The notes beneath the pieces are model-generated. The model worked only from the letters and a program-made list of their open reading frames with translations. It was not told the DNA's origin and searched no databases. From an uncultured Clostridia bacterium (GTDB lineage: Bacteria; Bacillota; Clostridia; TANB77; CAG-508), in the NCBI GenBank assembly GCA_947628815.1, contig CANRBJ010000003.1:13772-77771 (forward strand): a stretch of 64,000 nt of DNA, read 5' to 3'. Position numbers and translations under genes: made by a program. Positions 30,215 through 40,054 of the stretch are shown here, piece after piece (position 1 is the first letter of the stretch; every line of letters begins with the position of its first letter).

Positions 30215-32677
30215 ATGGCATATAAATTTACAGGAAGTGCAGAAAGAGCAGTTGAAATTGCAAATGATATTGCAATAGAGCTAGGTCATAATTATATAGG
30301 GACAGAACACATATTATATGGCCTTGTTAAAGAAGGAACAGGAGTAGCAGCTAAAGTATTATCAAATCAAAATGTAACACCAGAAGCAGTGTTATCTGAA
30401 ATTGAAGAATTAATTGGAAAAGAAGAAAATAATGCGATTTCGGCAACAGTGGGTTTTACTCCAAGAACAAAAAGAGTAATTGAAAACGCGTTTCGCGAAG
30501 CACGAAAATTAGGTTCAGATTATATAGGAACAGAACATATATTAATAGGAATTATGAAAGAAGCAGATAGTGTTGCAGTAAGAATTATGTTAGATTTAGA
30601 AGTTAATCCGCAAAAACTATATAATGAAATAGTTAAGGTAATTAATGAAGATGAAAATGTACCAACACAAAATAATAATCAAAATTCAAAAAAGAACTTA
30701 GGAAGCTATAATCAAACAACAACATTAAATCAATTTGGAACAGATTTAACAAAACAAGCAATAGAGGGAAAATTGGACCCAATTATTGGTAGAAAAGATG
30801 AAACAGAAAGAGTAATTCAAATTTTATCTAGAAGAACCAAAAACAATCCTTGTTTAATAGGAGAACCAGGAGTAGGAAAAACAGCAGTAGTAGAAGGTCT
30901 TGCTGAAAAAATTGTACAAGAAGATGTTCCAGAAATGTTAAAAAATAAGAGAGTAGTTTCGATAGATATTTCAAATATGGTAGCAGGGGCAAAATATAGA
31001 GGAGATTTCGAAGAAAGAATAAAAAAATGTTTAAACGAAGTAAAAAAAGCAGGAGACATTATTTTATTCATAGATGAAATTCACACAATAGTTGGAGCAG
31101 GTGCAGCAGAAGGTGCAATAGATGCAGCAAATATTTTAAAGCCACTATTAGCAAGAGGAGAAATTCAATTAATTGGTGCAACTACTCTAAATGAATATAG
31201 AAAATACATTGAAAAAGACGCAGCATTAGAAAGAAGATTCAGTCCAGTAACAGTAAATGAGCCTACTAGCGAAGATACTATACAAATTTTAAATGGAGTA
31301 CGCGATAAATATGAAGCACATCATAATGTAAAAATAAGTGATGAAGCAATAAAAACAGCAGTTACACTATCTGTTCGATACATTAACGACCGTTTTTTAC
31401 CAGATAAAGCAATAGACCTAATTGACGAAGCGGCATCTCGTGTTAGAATGAGAACATTTACAGAGCCAGACAATCTAAAAACTTTAGAAGAGCAAATTGA
31501 TATAGCGAAAAATGAAAAAGAAGAGGCTATTCGTGTGCAAGAATTTGAAAAAGCAGCATCTTTAAGAGATAAAGAACGACAGCTAAAAGAAAAGCTAAAA
31601 AAAGAGCAAGAAAAATGGAAAAATAAAAACACAAGAAGTGTAACTGAAATTACTAGTGAAGATATTGCAGAAGTAATTGCTAGTTGGACAGGAATTCCTG
31701 TAAAGAAACTAACTCAAGATGAAAACGAAAAATTAAAGAACCTAGAAGAAAGTTTACACAAAAGAGTTATTGGGCAAAATGAAGCGGTATCAGCAGTAAG
31801 TAAAGCAATAAGAAGAGGAAGAGTAGGCTTAAAAGATCCAAAACGTCCAATAGGGTCATTCCTATTCTTAGGTCCTACTGGTGTAGGAAAAACAGAATTA
31901 TCAAAAGCGCTTGCAGAAAGCCTATTTGGCGATGAAAATGCGATGATAAGAATAGATATGTCTGAATATATGGAGCCACATTCTGTATCAAAGTTAATTG
32001 GAGCACCTCCAGGATATGTTGGGTTTGATGATGGTGGTCAACTTACTGAAAAAGTTAGAAGAAAACCATATTGTGTTATTCTATTTGATGAAATTGAAAA
32101 AGCACATCCAGATGTAATGAATATGTTATTACAAATATTAGAAGATGGAAGATTAACCGATGCACAAGGAAGAACTGTTAATTTTAAAAATGCAGTTATA
32201 ATAATGACTTCAAACGTAGGAGCAAGGCTTATAACAGAAACAAAAACATTAGGATTTAGCCATTCAAGTGAAAATAAAGAAGAAGACGAAAAGCGTAAAT
32301 ATGAAGAAACAAAAAAAGATGTATTACAAGAATTAAAAAAGCAATTTAGACCTGAATTTTTAAACCGTATAGATGAAGTAATTGTATTCCACAAGCTTAC
32401 AGATACAGAAATTGAAAGTATTATTGATATTTTATTAAAAGAAGTTATCGAAAGATTAAAGCAAAATGATATGGAAATAAAAATTGATAAATCTGTAAAA
32501 GAATTTATTGCAAGTAAAGGTATAGATAAGGCATATGGAGCACGTCCATTAAGAAGAACAATACAAAATGAATTAGAAGATAAATTAGCAGAAGAGATTT
32601 TAGATGGAAATATTAAATCTGGCGATAAGGCAAAAATAAGTATAAAGAACGATAAAATTGTTGTTACAAAAAAATAA
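30215..32677 (+). CDS. clpC: ATP-dependent Clp protease ATP-binding subunit ClpC
   Basis: ORF track 30206..32677. ATG 30215 has GGAAGG 8 nt upstream. Clp_N repeats, Walker A GEPGVGKT and GPTGVGKT, UVR linker (FEKAASLRDKERQL). Confidence 0.95.
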   Translation: MAYKFTGSAERAVEIANDIAIELGHNYIGTEHILYGLVKEGTGVAAKVLSNQNVTPEAVLSEIEELIGKEENNAISATVGFTPRTKRVIENAFREARKLGSDYIGTEHILIGIMKEADSVAVRIMLDLEVNPQKLYNEIVKVINEDENVPTQNNNQNSKKNLGSYNQTTTLNQFGTDLTKQAIEGKLDPIIGRKDETERVIQILSRRTKNNPCLIGEPGVGKTAVVEGLAEKIVQEDVPEMLKNKRVVSIDISNMVAGAKYRGDFEERIKKCLNEVKKAGDIILFIDEIHTIVGAGAAEGAIDAANILKPLLARGEIQLIGATTLNEYRKYIEKDAALERRFSPVTVNEPTSEDTIQILNGVRDKYEAHHNVKISDEAIKTAVTLSVRYINDRFLPDKAIDLIDEAASRVRMRTFTEPDNLKTLEEQIDIAKNEKEEAIRVQEFEKAASLRDKERQLKEKLKKEQEKWKNKNTRSVTEITSEDIAEVIASWTGIPVKKLTQDENEKLKNLEESLHKRVIGQNEAVSAVSKAIRRGRVGLKDPKRPIGSFLFLGPTGVGKTELSKALAESLFGDENAMIRIDMSEYMEPHSVSKLIGAPPGYVGFDDGGQLTEKVRRKPYCVILFDEIEKAHPDVMNMLLQILEDGRLTDAQGRTVNFKNAVIIMTSNVGARLITETKTLGFSHSSENKEEDEKRKYEETKKDVLQELKKQFRPEFLNRIDEVIVFHKLTDTEIESIIDILLKEVIERLKQNDMEIKIDKSVKEFIASKGIDKAYGARPLRRTIQNELEDKLAEEILDGNIKSGDKAKISIKNDKIVVTKK

Positions 32678-32683
32678 TAAAAG

Positions 32684-32719
32684 AGCGGGAGTTAAAGTTA
32701 CATTGGCGCCCGCTTTTTT
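32684..32719 (+). terminator. intrinsic terminator after clpC
   Basis: AGCGGG...CCCGCT stem followed by TTTTTT (32714..32719). Confidence 0.7.
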
Positions 32720-32722
32720 AAA

Positions 32723-33673
32723 TTAAACAAACTCTTTATTTAAAAAGTTCATTACTAAATCTATTATTACTTCTTTTTCTTTTGGATTTGATTCTGCAAT
32801 CAGTAAAGTCAAAGCTGCTAAAGTATTATTATCAATAATCTTTTCTCCAAATTTATATAAAATATCATAGAAATTTAAAAAGTAAATAAATAGTGTTGCT
32901 GCAATTCGTTTATTTCCATCTGCAAACACATGATTTTTTACTATTAAATATAGGAAATTTGCTCCTTTTTCTTCTATACTTTTATATATGTCTTGTCCAT
33001 CAAAACTTTGATAAATATTTCCTATAATTGCTTCTAAACCTTTATCTCTTTCTACTGCAAATAATGCACTTTCTTCAGTAAATCTAAGCTTATTAATAAT
33101 TTCTATACATTTACTATATTCAATTTTTCTTTCATCTACGTTTCCAGTAATTTTCTTTAGTGTTCTATGGTCATAGTCATCTAGTAAATCTAGTGCTTTT
33201 GAATATTCTCCAATTACTTTTAATATTTCTTTTGCATCATTTTCTTCTAATCTTTCATCTATTCTATTTGCTATATCTATTAATTTTATTGTTTTTTCTA
33301 AATAAGCCAATCTTCTTTGGTTTACTGCATATCCTTTTAACATATAGTCTTTTAATACTTTTGTAGCCCATTGTCTAAAAATAACACCATTTTTGGATTT
33401 AACTCTATAACCGACAGAAATTATTACATCTAAATTATATATTTTAGATTTTCTACCACCAGAACTTTTATCGGAAATTCCGATAGAAGTTTTTTCATCT
33501 AATTCTCCATCTTTGAAAATATTATTAATATGTTCACTTAATGTAGATTGCTTAACATTAAATAGTTTTTCCATTTGTGCTTGTGTTAACCAAACCGTTT
33601 CTTCTTTTAAGTTTACTTCTAATTTCACTCCTTGATTTTCAAATAAAACAATTTCATCTGTTTTTTCATACAT
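32723..33673 (-). CDS. RhuM-like N-terminal domain fused to a Fic/Doc-family C-terminal domain
   Basis: 316 aa. N-terminus VWLTQAQMEKLF...IISVGYRVKSKNGVIFRQWATKVLKDYMLKGY (RhuM-type). C-terminus HVFADGNKRIAATLF (Doc-type HxFx(D/N)GNKR motif). Confidence 0.75.
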   Translation of the reverse strand: MYEKTDEIVLFENQGVKLEVNLKEETVWLTQAQMEKLFNVKQSTLSEHINNIFKDGELDEKTSIGISDKSSGGRKSKIYNLDVIISVGYRVKSKNGVIFRQWATKVLKDYMLKGYAVNQRRLAYLEKTIKLIDIANRIDERLEENDAKEILKVIGEYSKALDLLDDYDHRTLKKITGNVDERKIEYSKCIEIINKLRFTEESALFAVERDKGLEAIIGNIYQSFDGQDIYKSIEEKGANFLYLIVKNHVFADGNKRIAATLFIYFLNFYDILYKFGEKIIDNNTLAALTLLIAESNPKEKEVIIDLVMNFLNKEFV

Positions 33674-33860
33674 AAGAACACATCCTTTTTTATTAAATTC
33701 TAGTTCTTATTTCACATTGATATTTATATTTCTTTACTTTATACCATGAACTATTGTTTGTATTTTATAATATATTTATGTGTTTGTCAATATATCAAAA
33801 CAAATTTTCTCATGTTTTTATTAAACCACCTTAAAATTTACGGTGTTTTATTATGTAAAA

Positions 33861-34718
33861 CTAAACTGGATTTACATGGATAATAGTTTTATAAATTTTA
33901 TCTAATTTAGAAATATCTTGTTCTAAAGAATCGGCTATTTTATGACTTTCAAAAGTAGAAATATTTCCATCTACATATATAGTAAGAACAATAATATATT
34001 GATACCCAACAGGAGTAGAAGAAATATCATCAACTTTTTGTATATCATCATAACTATGAGCTAAATCCAAGATTCTTTTTTCAGTTTCGTTATCAATAGA
34101 TATATCCATTAAAACATTATAACTTTCTATAAAAATTTTGACACCAGTATAGCAAATCCAAATTGAAATACCAATACCTACAATTCCATCAAAATAGTAA
34201 ATGCCATACATACCAAGTATAATAGAAATAAGAGTAAAAATTGTAACAACACAATCATTACGATGATCCTTCATATTTGCTTCTAGTAAAATATTTTTAT
34301 AGTGTTTTGTTAAATGATGTGTATATAAAAATAGAGATATCTTAACTAAAATTGTTATAATGCAAACAGCAACTAAAAACCAAGAAAAAGAAAAAGTTTC
34401 TCTAAAAATTAACGACATAATAGAATCAAATAATAATTTGATAGCAACAAAAATCATAGAAATACTAATTAAAAGAGAAAATATATACTCAGCTTTTCCA
34501 TGTCCAAAATTATGAGATTTATCACCTGGTTCACTTGCAATACGATTACCAATAAAAGTCATAAAAGAAGCAAAAATATCACTAGCACTATTAGCAGCAT
34601 CAGCAATCATAGCTTGAGAGTGACTTGCAAAACCAACAATTGACTTTACAATCAATAAAAAAATATTACCAAAAATACCAAGCAATCCTGCTTTTTTTGT
34701 ACTATCATATCTATTCAT
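33861..34718 (-). CDS. cation diffusion facilitator family transporter
   Basis: ORF track 33861..34727. ATG 34718 (MNRYDSTKKAG), with AAGGTGA RBS. ADAANSASD and HGKAEY motifs, six TM segments, C-terminal cytoplasmic domain. Confidence 0.85.
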   Translation of the reverse strand: MNRYDSTKKAGLLGIFGNIFLLIVKSIVGFASHSQAMIADAANSASDIFASFMTFIGNRIASEPGDKSHNFGHGKAEYIFSLLISISMIFVAIKLLFDSIMSLIFRETFSFSWFLVAVCIITILVKISLFLYTHHLTKHYKNILLEANMKDHRNDCVVTIFTLISIILGMYGIYYFDGIVGIGISIWICYTGVKIFIESYNVLMDISIDNETEKRILDLAHSYDDIQKVDDISSTPVGYQYIIVLTIYVDGNISTFESHKIADSLEQDISKLDKIYKTIIHVNPV

Positions 34719-34903
34719 AAATATCACCTTCTATATTATAGGAGGTATTATATCATAAAAGAATAAAAATAAATAAATAAGTTCAATAATTTTTTGAGGA
34801 AATAGAAAATTAAGGAAAATTCCAGCAAAAAAATCATACTAAATGGATAAAATTTGCAATTTTATGTAAAATATTATATAATAAATTAGAGGAGATGATT
34901 TTT

Positions 34904-35581
34904 ATGGGATTTTTGGATAGATTTAAAAAAAATAATAAAGAAAATGTAAGTAATGTTGCTAGTAATAACCAACAATCAAAACAATTAACATTTTGTGTTG
35001 GATATAGTCAAATTTCTAATGGTAATTTAAAAGTAGAATTTTTTGATAAAAATGCGGATTTTAAAAAATTTTATGATACTACAAGATTAATAATTGATAG
35101 AAAACCACTAGAGATTGAAGGACATCAAGTTTATAATTGTGCTGTTTCTTGGTATGGGCAAAATGATTGCCAAATGTTAGATACAAAAACAGGAGAATTT
35201 GATAGTTTGAGAGCAAAGGAATATAGAGGTGTTTTAGCAGAAATAGATTTAGAGTTATTACAAACTGACCAAAATTATTGTAATATGGTAATGAAGGGGT
35301 TATTAGACAAAGAAAGAGTTGAAAAATACCTTGAAAGTGGATTACAAGAAACACCAGAATTACCTTGTGGAAAATACATAGGAGGAGTTATGCAAAAAGA
35401 AAATGGATATGGAAAGTTCTTTTCTACAGTAGTAGGTAAAGCTTCGCATAATTCACATTTAATGGTAGAAAGAAGACAAGAACGTAGAAAAATGATTGAA
35501 GAACAAAGACAAAAAGCTATTGAAAATAAAAAAGCTCAAATTGAAAAATTACAAAAAGAATTAGAGAGTATGGAAAAATAA
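34904..35581 (+). CDS. hypothetical protein with a C-terminal coiled-coil tail; no family recognised
   Basis: ORF track 34895..35581. ATG 34904 has GAGGAG 9 nt upstream. Non-repetitive 190-aa body plus RRQERRKMIEEQRQKAIENKKAQIEKLQKELE. Confidence 0.55.
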   Translation: MGFLDRFKKNNKENVSNVASNNQQSKQLTFCVGYSQISNGNLKVEFFDKNADFKKFYDTTRLIIDRKPLEIEGHQVYNCAVSWYGQNDCQMLDTKTGEFDSLRAKEYRGVLAEIDLELLQTDQNYCNMVMKGLLDKERVEKYLESGLQETPELPCGKYIGGVMQKENGYGKFFSTVVGKASHNSHLMVERRQERRKMIEEQRQKAIENKKAQIEKLQKELESMEK

Positions 35582-35616
35582 TATAAGAAAAAGTAAGTTC
35601 AGATTTTGAAAATTAT

Positions 35617-35659
35617 AAAAAGACATTATTGAATTTTGTATATCAATAATGTCTTTTTT
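35617..35659 (+). terminator. intrinsic terminator after the hypothetical gene
   Basis: GACATTATTGA / TCAATAATGTC stem extended by A/T pairs, followed by TTTTTT. Confidence 0.7.
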
Positions 35660-35718
35660 ATTTGAAATTTATAAAAATTATGATATAATCGTTTTTGAAA
35701 AGTGAAAAGGAGAACAAG

Positions 35719-36458
35719 ATGAGAAATATCAAACTAACGATCGAATATGATGGAAAAGAATTTAATCGGATGGCAGAAACAGCCTAATAAGTTAAACATA
35801 CAAGGAACGATTGAGAAGGTATTAGAAGAAATAACAAACGAAAAGATAGAACTAAATGCTTCACGGTAGAACAGATGCAGGAGTTCATGCTATTGGTCAA
35901 GTTGCTAACTTTAAAACTAATTCTAATTTACCAATAGAAAAGTTTGCAATAGCTATAAATTCAAAAATAAAGAAAAGCATTGTAATAAAAAAAGCAGAAG
36001 AAGTAGAAGACAATTTTCATGCAAGATTTTGTTGTAAACAAAAAACATATCAATATGTAATTAACAATTCAGAATATGGAACCGCAATTTATAGAAATTT
36101 GGAATACTATGTTCCACAAAAATTAAATGTAGAAGAAATGCAAAAGGGGATTATTTCTTTTATAGGTGAACACGATTTTAAAGCTTTTAAGGCAAGTGGA
36201 ACAAGTAGTAAAAGCAGTGTAAGAACAATTTATAATGCACAAGTTCGAAAAGAAGGAGATAGAATCATAATAGAATTAACAGGAAATGGATTTTTATATA
36301 ATATGGTAAGAATTATTTCTGGAACGCTTGTAGACGTGGGGCTTGGAAAAATAAAACCAGAAGAAATAAAAGAAATAATTGAATCAAAAGATCGTTCAAA
36401 GGCTGGAAAAACTTTACCACCATATGGTTTATATTTGGTAAAGGTAGAATATGAATAA
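35719..36458 (+). CDS. truA: tRNA pseudouridine(38-40) synthase TruA; two +1 frame changes, each at an in-frame CGG (35767..35769 and 35864..35866)
   Basis: MRNIKLTIEYDGKEFN-CGG; +1 gives GWQKQPNKLNIQGTIEKVLEEITNEKIELNAS-CGG; +1 gives GRTDAGVHAIGQVANFKT... (ORF 35856..36458). Catalytic GRTDAGVHA. Confidence 0.85.
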
Positions 36459-36479
36459 AAAAATAAAGGAGGGATTTTT

Positions 36480-37316
36480 TTGAAAGTTACTGATATTACA
36501 GAACTACAAAAAATAGCAAATGAAATTAGAATAGGAATAATTGAAGAAGTGTATGCAGGAAAATCTGGTCACCCAGGAGGGTCATTATCTTGTGTAGAAA
36601 TATTAACAGCATTGTACTTTAACCAAATGAATATTAGCCCAGAAGATCCAGCTTCACCTTCAAGAGATAGATTCGTGTTATCTAAAGGACATGCATCTCC
36701 TGCACTTTACAGTACACTTGCCCAAAGGGGTTATTTTGATAAAAAACAATTATTAACTTTTAGAGGAATAGATAGTATCTTACAAGGTCATCCAGATATG
36801 AAACATATTCCAGGAGTAGATATGTCAACAGGCTCTCTTGGTCAAGGTTTATCATGTGCAAATGGAATGGCTATTTCTTCTAAACTAAACAAAGATGGCG
36901 TGCGTGTTTATTGTTTACTAGGGGATGGAGAAATTGAAGAAGGACAAATATGGGAAGCAGCTATGACTTCAAGCCATTATAAGTTAGATAATTTATGTGT
37001 TATTATTGATAATAACAATTTACAAATAGACGGCGAAATTACAGAGGTAATGAGTTCATATCCAATAGACGCAAAATTTGAAAGTTTTGGTTTTAATGTA
37101 ATAAATGTAGATGGTCACAATATGGAACAATTAATAGAGGCATTTAATAAAGCAAAACAAGTAAAGAAAAAGCCAACAGCAATTATTGCAAAAACCATAA
37201 AAGGTAAAGGTGTATCATTTATGGAAAATCAAGTAGGATGGCATGGAAAAGCACCAAATGAAGAACAATACCATGAAGCAATGAAAGAATTACAAGGAAA
37301 TAATATTGGGGAATAA
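36480..37316 (+). CDS. tkt: transketolase, N-terminal (TPP-binding) subunit
   Basis: 278 aa, TTG start after AAAGGAGGG. GHPGGSLS, SKGHASPALY, GDGEIEEGQIWEA. Confidence 0.92.
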   Translation: MKVTDITELQKIANEIRIGIIEEVYAGKSGHPGGSLSCVEILTALYFNQMNISPEDPASPSRDRFVLSKGHASPALYSTLAQRGYFDKKQLLTFRGIDSILQGHPDMKHIPGVDMSTGSLGQGLSCANGMAISSKLNKDGVRVYCLLGDGEIEEGQIWEAAMTSSHYKLDNLCVIIDNNNLQIDGEITEVMSSYPIDAKFESFGFNVINVDGHNMEQLIEAFNKAKQVKKKPTAIIAKTIKGKGVSFMENQVGWHGKAPNEEQYHEAMKELQGNNIGE

Positions 37317-37329
37317 AAGGAGGTACAAT

Positions 37330-38266
37330 ATGAACCTAGATGTAAAAATAGCAACAAGAGAAAGCTATGGAAAAAAGCTAGTAGAACTAGGAAATAAAAA
37401 TAAAGATATTGTTGTAATGGACGCAGATTTAGCAGAAGCAACGAAAACAGGATTATTTAAAAAAGAATTTCCAGAAAGATTTTTTGATATGGGAATTGCA
37501 GAACAAGACATGATGTCTACAGCAGCTGGTATGGCTACTTGTGGAAAAATACCATATGTTAGTACATTTGCAGTATTTGCAGCAGGTCGTGCATATGACC
37601 AAATACGTAATAGTATTTGTTATCCAAAATTAAATGTAAAAATATGTGCAACACATGCAGGAATTTCGGTAGGAGAAGATGGTGCAACACACCAAATGTT
37701 AGAAGATATAGGAATGATGAGAGCATTACCAAATATGACAGTAATGAGTGTATCTGACGATATACAAACTCGGATGGGCTGTAGAAGAAATTTCAAAAAT
37801 TAATGGACCAGTATATTTAAGATTAGGAAGGCTTGCAACTCCTGTAATTTATGAAGAAAATCAAAAATTTGAAATTGGAAAAGGAATACAAATTGGAGTT
37901 GGAACTGATGCAACAGTTATAGCAACAGGTTTAATGGTTCATCAAGCAATTCTTGCAAAAGAAGAACTTGAAAAACAAGGTATCAATATTAGAGTAGTAG
38001 ATATGCATACAATTAAACCTATTGATAAAGATTTGATTGTAAAGTGTGCAAAAGAAACTAAAAGGATAGTTACAATAGAAGACCATAGCATAATAGGTGG
38101 ATTAGGAACAGCAGTATGTGAGGTATTATCTGAAGAATATCCTACAAAAGTTACAAGATTAGGTATGAAAGACACATTTGGAAAATCTGGCAAAGCAGAA
38201 AAATTACTAGAACATTTTGGGTTAGATAAAAATGGAATTATAAAAGAAATAGTAACAAAAATCTAA
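37330..38266 (+). CDS. tkt: transketolase, C-terminal (pyrimidine-binding) subunit; +1 frame change at in-frame CGG (37771..37773)
   Basis: ATG 37330 (MNLDVKIATRESYGK) after AAAGGAGG. ...VSDDIQT-CGG; +1 gives GWAVEEISKINGPVYLRLGR... (ORF 37748..38266). Confidence 0.85.
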
Positions 38267-38460
38267 AATTAGTGCTAATATATAGAATGTAATAAAAAAG
38301 TAATGCAAATTTAACAAAAGAGAAAAAAACGGTAAAAAAAGCGAAATTCTGCTGAAAATTATCGTTTTTTTGAAATTATAAAGGTTGCAATAATATAGTT
38401 TTATTGGTATGATTAAAAAGGTAGGGTGGAAAAGAATTAAAACTTTACGAGGAGAAGAAT

Positions 38461-39147
38461 ATGATTGAATTTAGAAATGTTAATAAGATATATACAACAG
38501 GAACAGAAGCTGTACATAATGCAAATTTTGTAATTGAAAAAGGAGAATTTGCATTTTTAGTAGGTTCCTCAGGTTCAGGTAAATCAACATTAATTAAATT
38601 AATTCTAAAAGAAGAAGAACCTAGTTCAGGAAATATCATTATAAATGGAAAAGATACTACTTTTCTAAAGAAAAACAGGATACCATATTTGCGTAGAAGT
38701 ATGGGGATAGTTTTCCAAGATTTTAGGCTTTTACCGGATAAAACAGTATATGAAAATGTTGCATTTGCTATGTACATTGTAAAAGCAACACCTAGACACA
38801 TAAGAAGACAAGTACCAATGGTGTTGTCACTTGTTGGGTTAAGTGGAAAAGCAAAAATGTATCCAAATGAATTATCTGGTGGTGAACAACAAAGAGTAGC
38901 ACTTGCAAGAGCACTTGTAAATAATCCATCAATGTTAATTGCAGACGAACCAACTGGAAACTTAGACCCAGATACTGCTTGGGATATTATGATGTTGCTA
39001 AATGAAATTAATATGAGAGGAACAACGGTTATAGTTGCAACACACGCAAAAGATATTGTAGATAGAATGAAAAAAAGAGTTATACAAATCGAAAAAGGTA
39101 ATATCATAAGAGATGATAAAAAAGGTGGTTATGACCGTGAAGTATAA
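38461..39147 (+). CDS. ftsE: cell division ATP-binding protein FtsE
   Basis: 228 aa. GSSGSGKST, LSGGEQQRVALARAL, LIADEPTGNLD. Confidence 0.93.
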   Translation: MIEFRNVNKIYTTGTEAVHNANFVIEKGEFAFLVGSSGSGKSTLIKLILKEEEPSSGNIIINGKDTTFLKKNRIPYLRRSMGIVFQDFRLLPDKTVYENVAFAMYIVKATPRHIRRQVPMVLSLVGLSGKAKMYPNELSGGEQQRVALARALVNNPSMLIADEPTGNLDPDTAWDIMMLLNEINMRGTTVIVATHAKDIVDRMKKRVIQIEKGNIIRDDKKGGYDREV

Positions 39148-40039
39148 TATAATTGGTTATTTAATTGGAGAAGGATTTAAAAATATATTTAAGAATACAA
39201 AATCAACTATTTCTGCGTTAACTACAATGTGCTTATGTATGATAGTATTTGGGCTTTTCTTTATTATAGGAGAAAATATTAATCATATGATGAACACAAT
39301 TGAAGATGCACAAGGAATGACAGTGTTCTTTAATTCTAGTGTAGAGGAAGATAAAGTACTTTCATATGGGGACAAATTAAAAAATATAGAAGGCGTTAAT
39401 AATGTAGAATTTGTATCTAAAGAAGGAAACCTAAATGCGTTAAAAGAAGATTTTAAAAATGATCCTAGCATTGTAGAGGGGTTTGAATTTAAACAACTAG
39501 GTGCATCCTATAAAGTTACTTTATCAGATTTATCAAGAAATGAAGATATACAAAAAGAAGTAGAAAATATAGTTGGTGATGATTTAGATACTATTGAAAG
39601 TAGCAATGAAGAAATTGCAATTCTTATGGCTATAAGTAAAGGAGTAAGAATATTCACACTTGCTTTACTAATTATTTTAATTATTATTGCTTTAGTAATT
39701 ATAGGAAATACAATAAAATTAACAGTACATGCAAGAAGAAAAGAAATTTCTATAATGAAATATGTAGGAGCAACAAACAGTTTTATTAGATGGCCTTTTA
39801 TTGTAGAAGGAATGCTAATTGGAATTGCAGCAGCACTAATTACAATTTTAATTGTAGGATTAACATATAATGCATTAATACCAAAATTTTTAGAATACGA
39901 AGTTATAAAAACTTTAGAAATTACATTTGTTACATTTAACGATATGTTTAATTTATTAATGTTTGTGTTCTTAACATTAGGAATTGGTATTGGTGTAGTT
40001 GGAAGTATGATGTCTATGAGGAAATATTTAGAGGTATAA
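39137..40039 (+). CDS. ftsX: cell division permease-like protein FtsX
   Basis: ORF track 39113..40039. GTG 39137 preferred (GGTGG 8 nt upstream; MKYNIIGYLIGEGFKNIFKN resembles FtsX N-termini). Four TM segments plus an extracellular loop. Start uncertain. Confidence 0.8.
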   Translation: MKYNIIGYLIGEGFKNIFKNTKSTISALTTMCLCMIVFGLFFIIGENINHMMNTIEDAQGMTVFFNSSVEEDKVLSYGDKLKNIEGVNNVEFVSKEGNLNALKEDFKNDPSIVEGFEFKQLGASYKVTLSDLSRNEDIQKEVENIVGDDLDTIESSNEEIAILMAISKGVRIFTLALLIILIIIALVIIGNTIKLTVHARRKEISIMKYVGATNSFIRWPFIVEGMLIGIAAALITILIVGLTYNALIPKFLEYEVIKTLEITFVTFNDMFNLLMFVFLTLGIGIGVVGSMMSMRKYLEV

Positions 40040-40054
40040 GGAGAAAAGAAGCAT

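Noticed and set aside
38445-39107. 220-aa ORF antisense to ftsE
   Set aside because: Shadow ORF opposite a gene with Walker A/B and ABC signature. No recognisable motifs or RBS.
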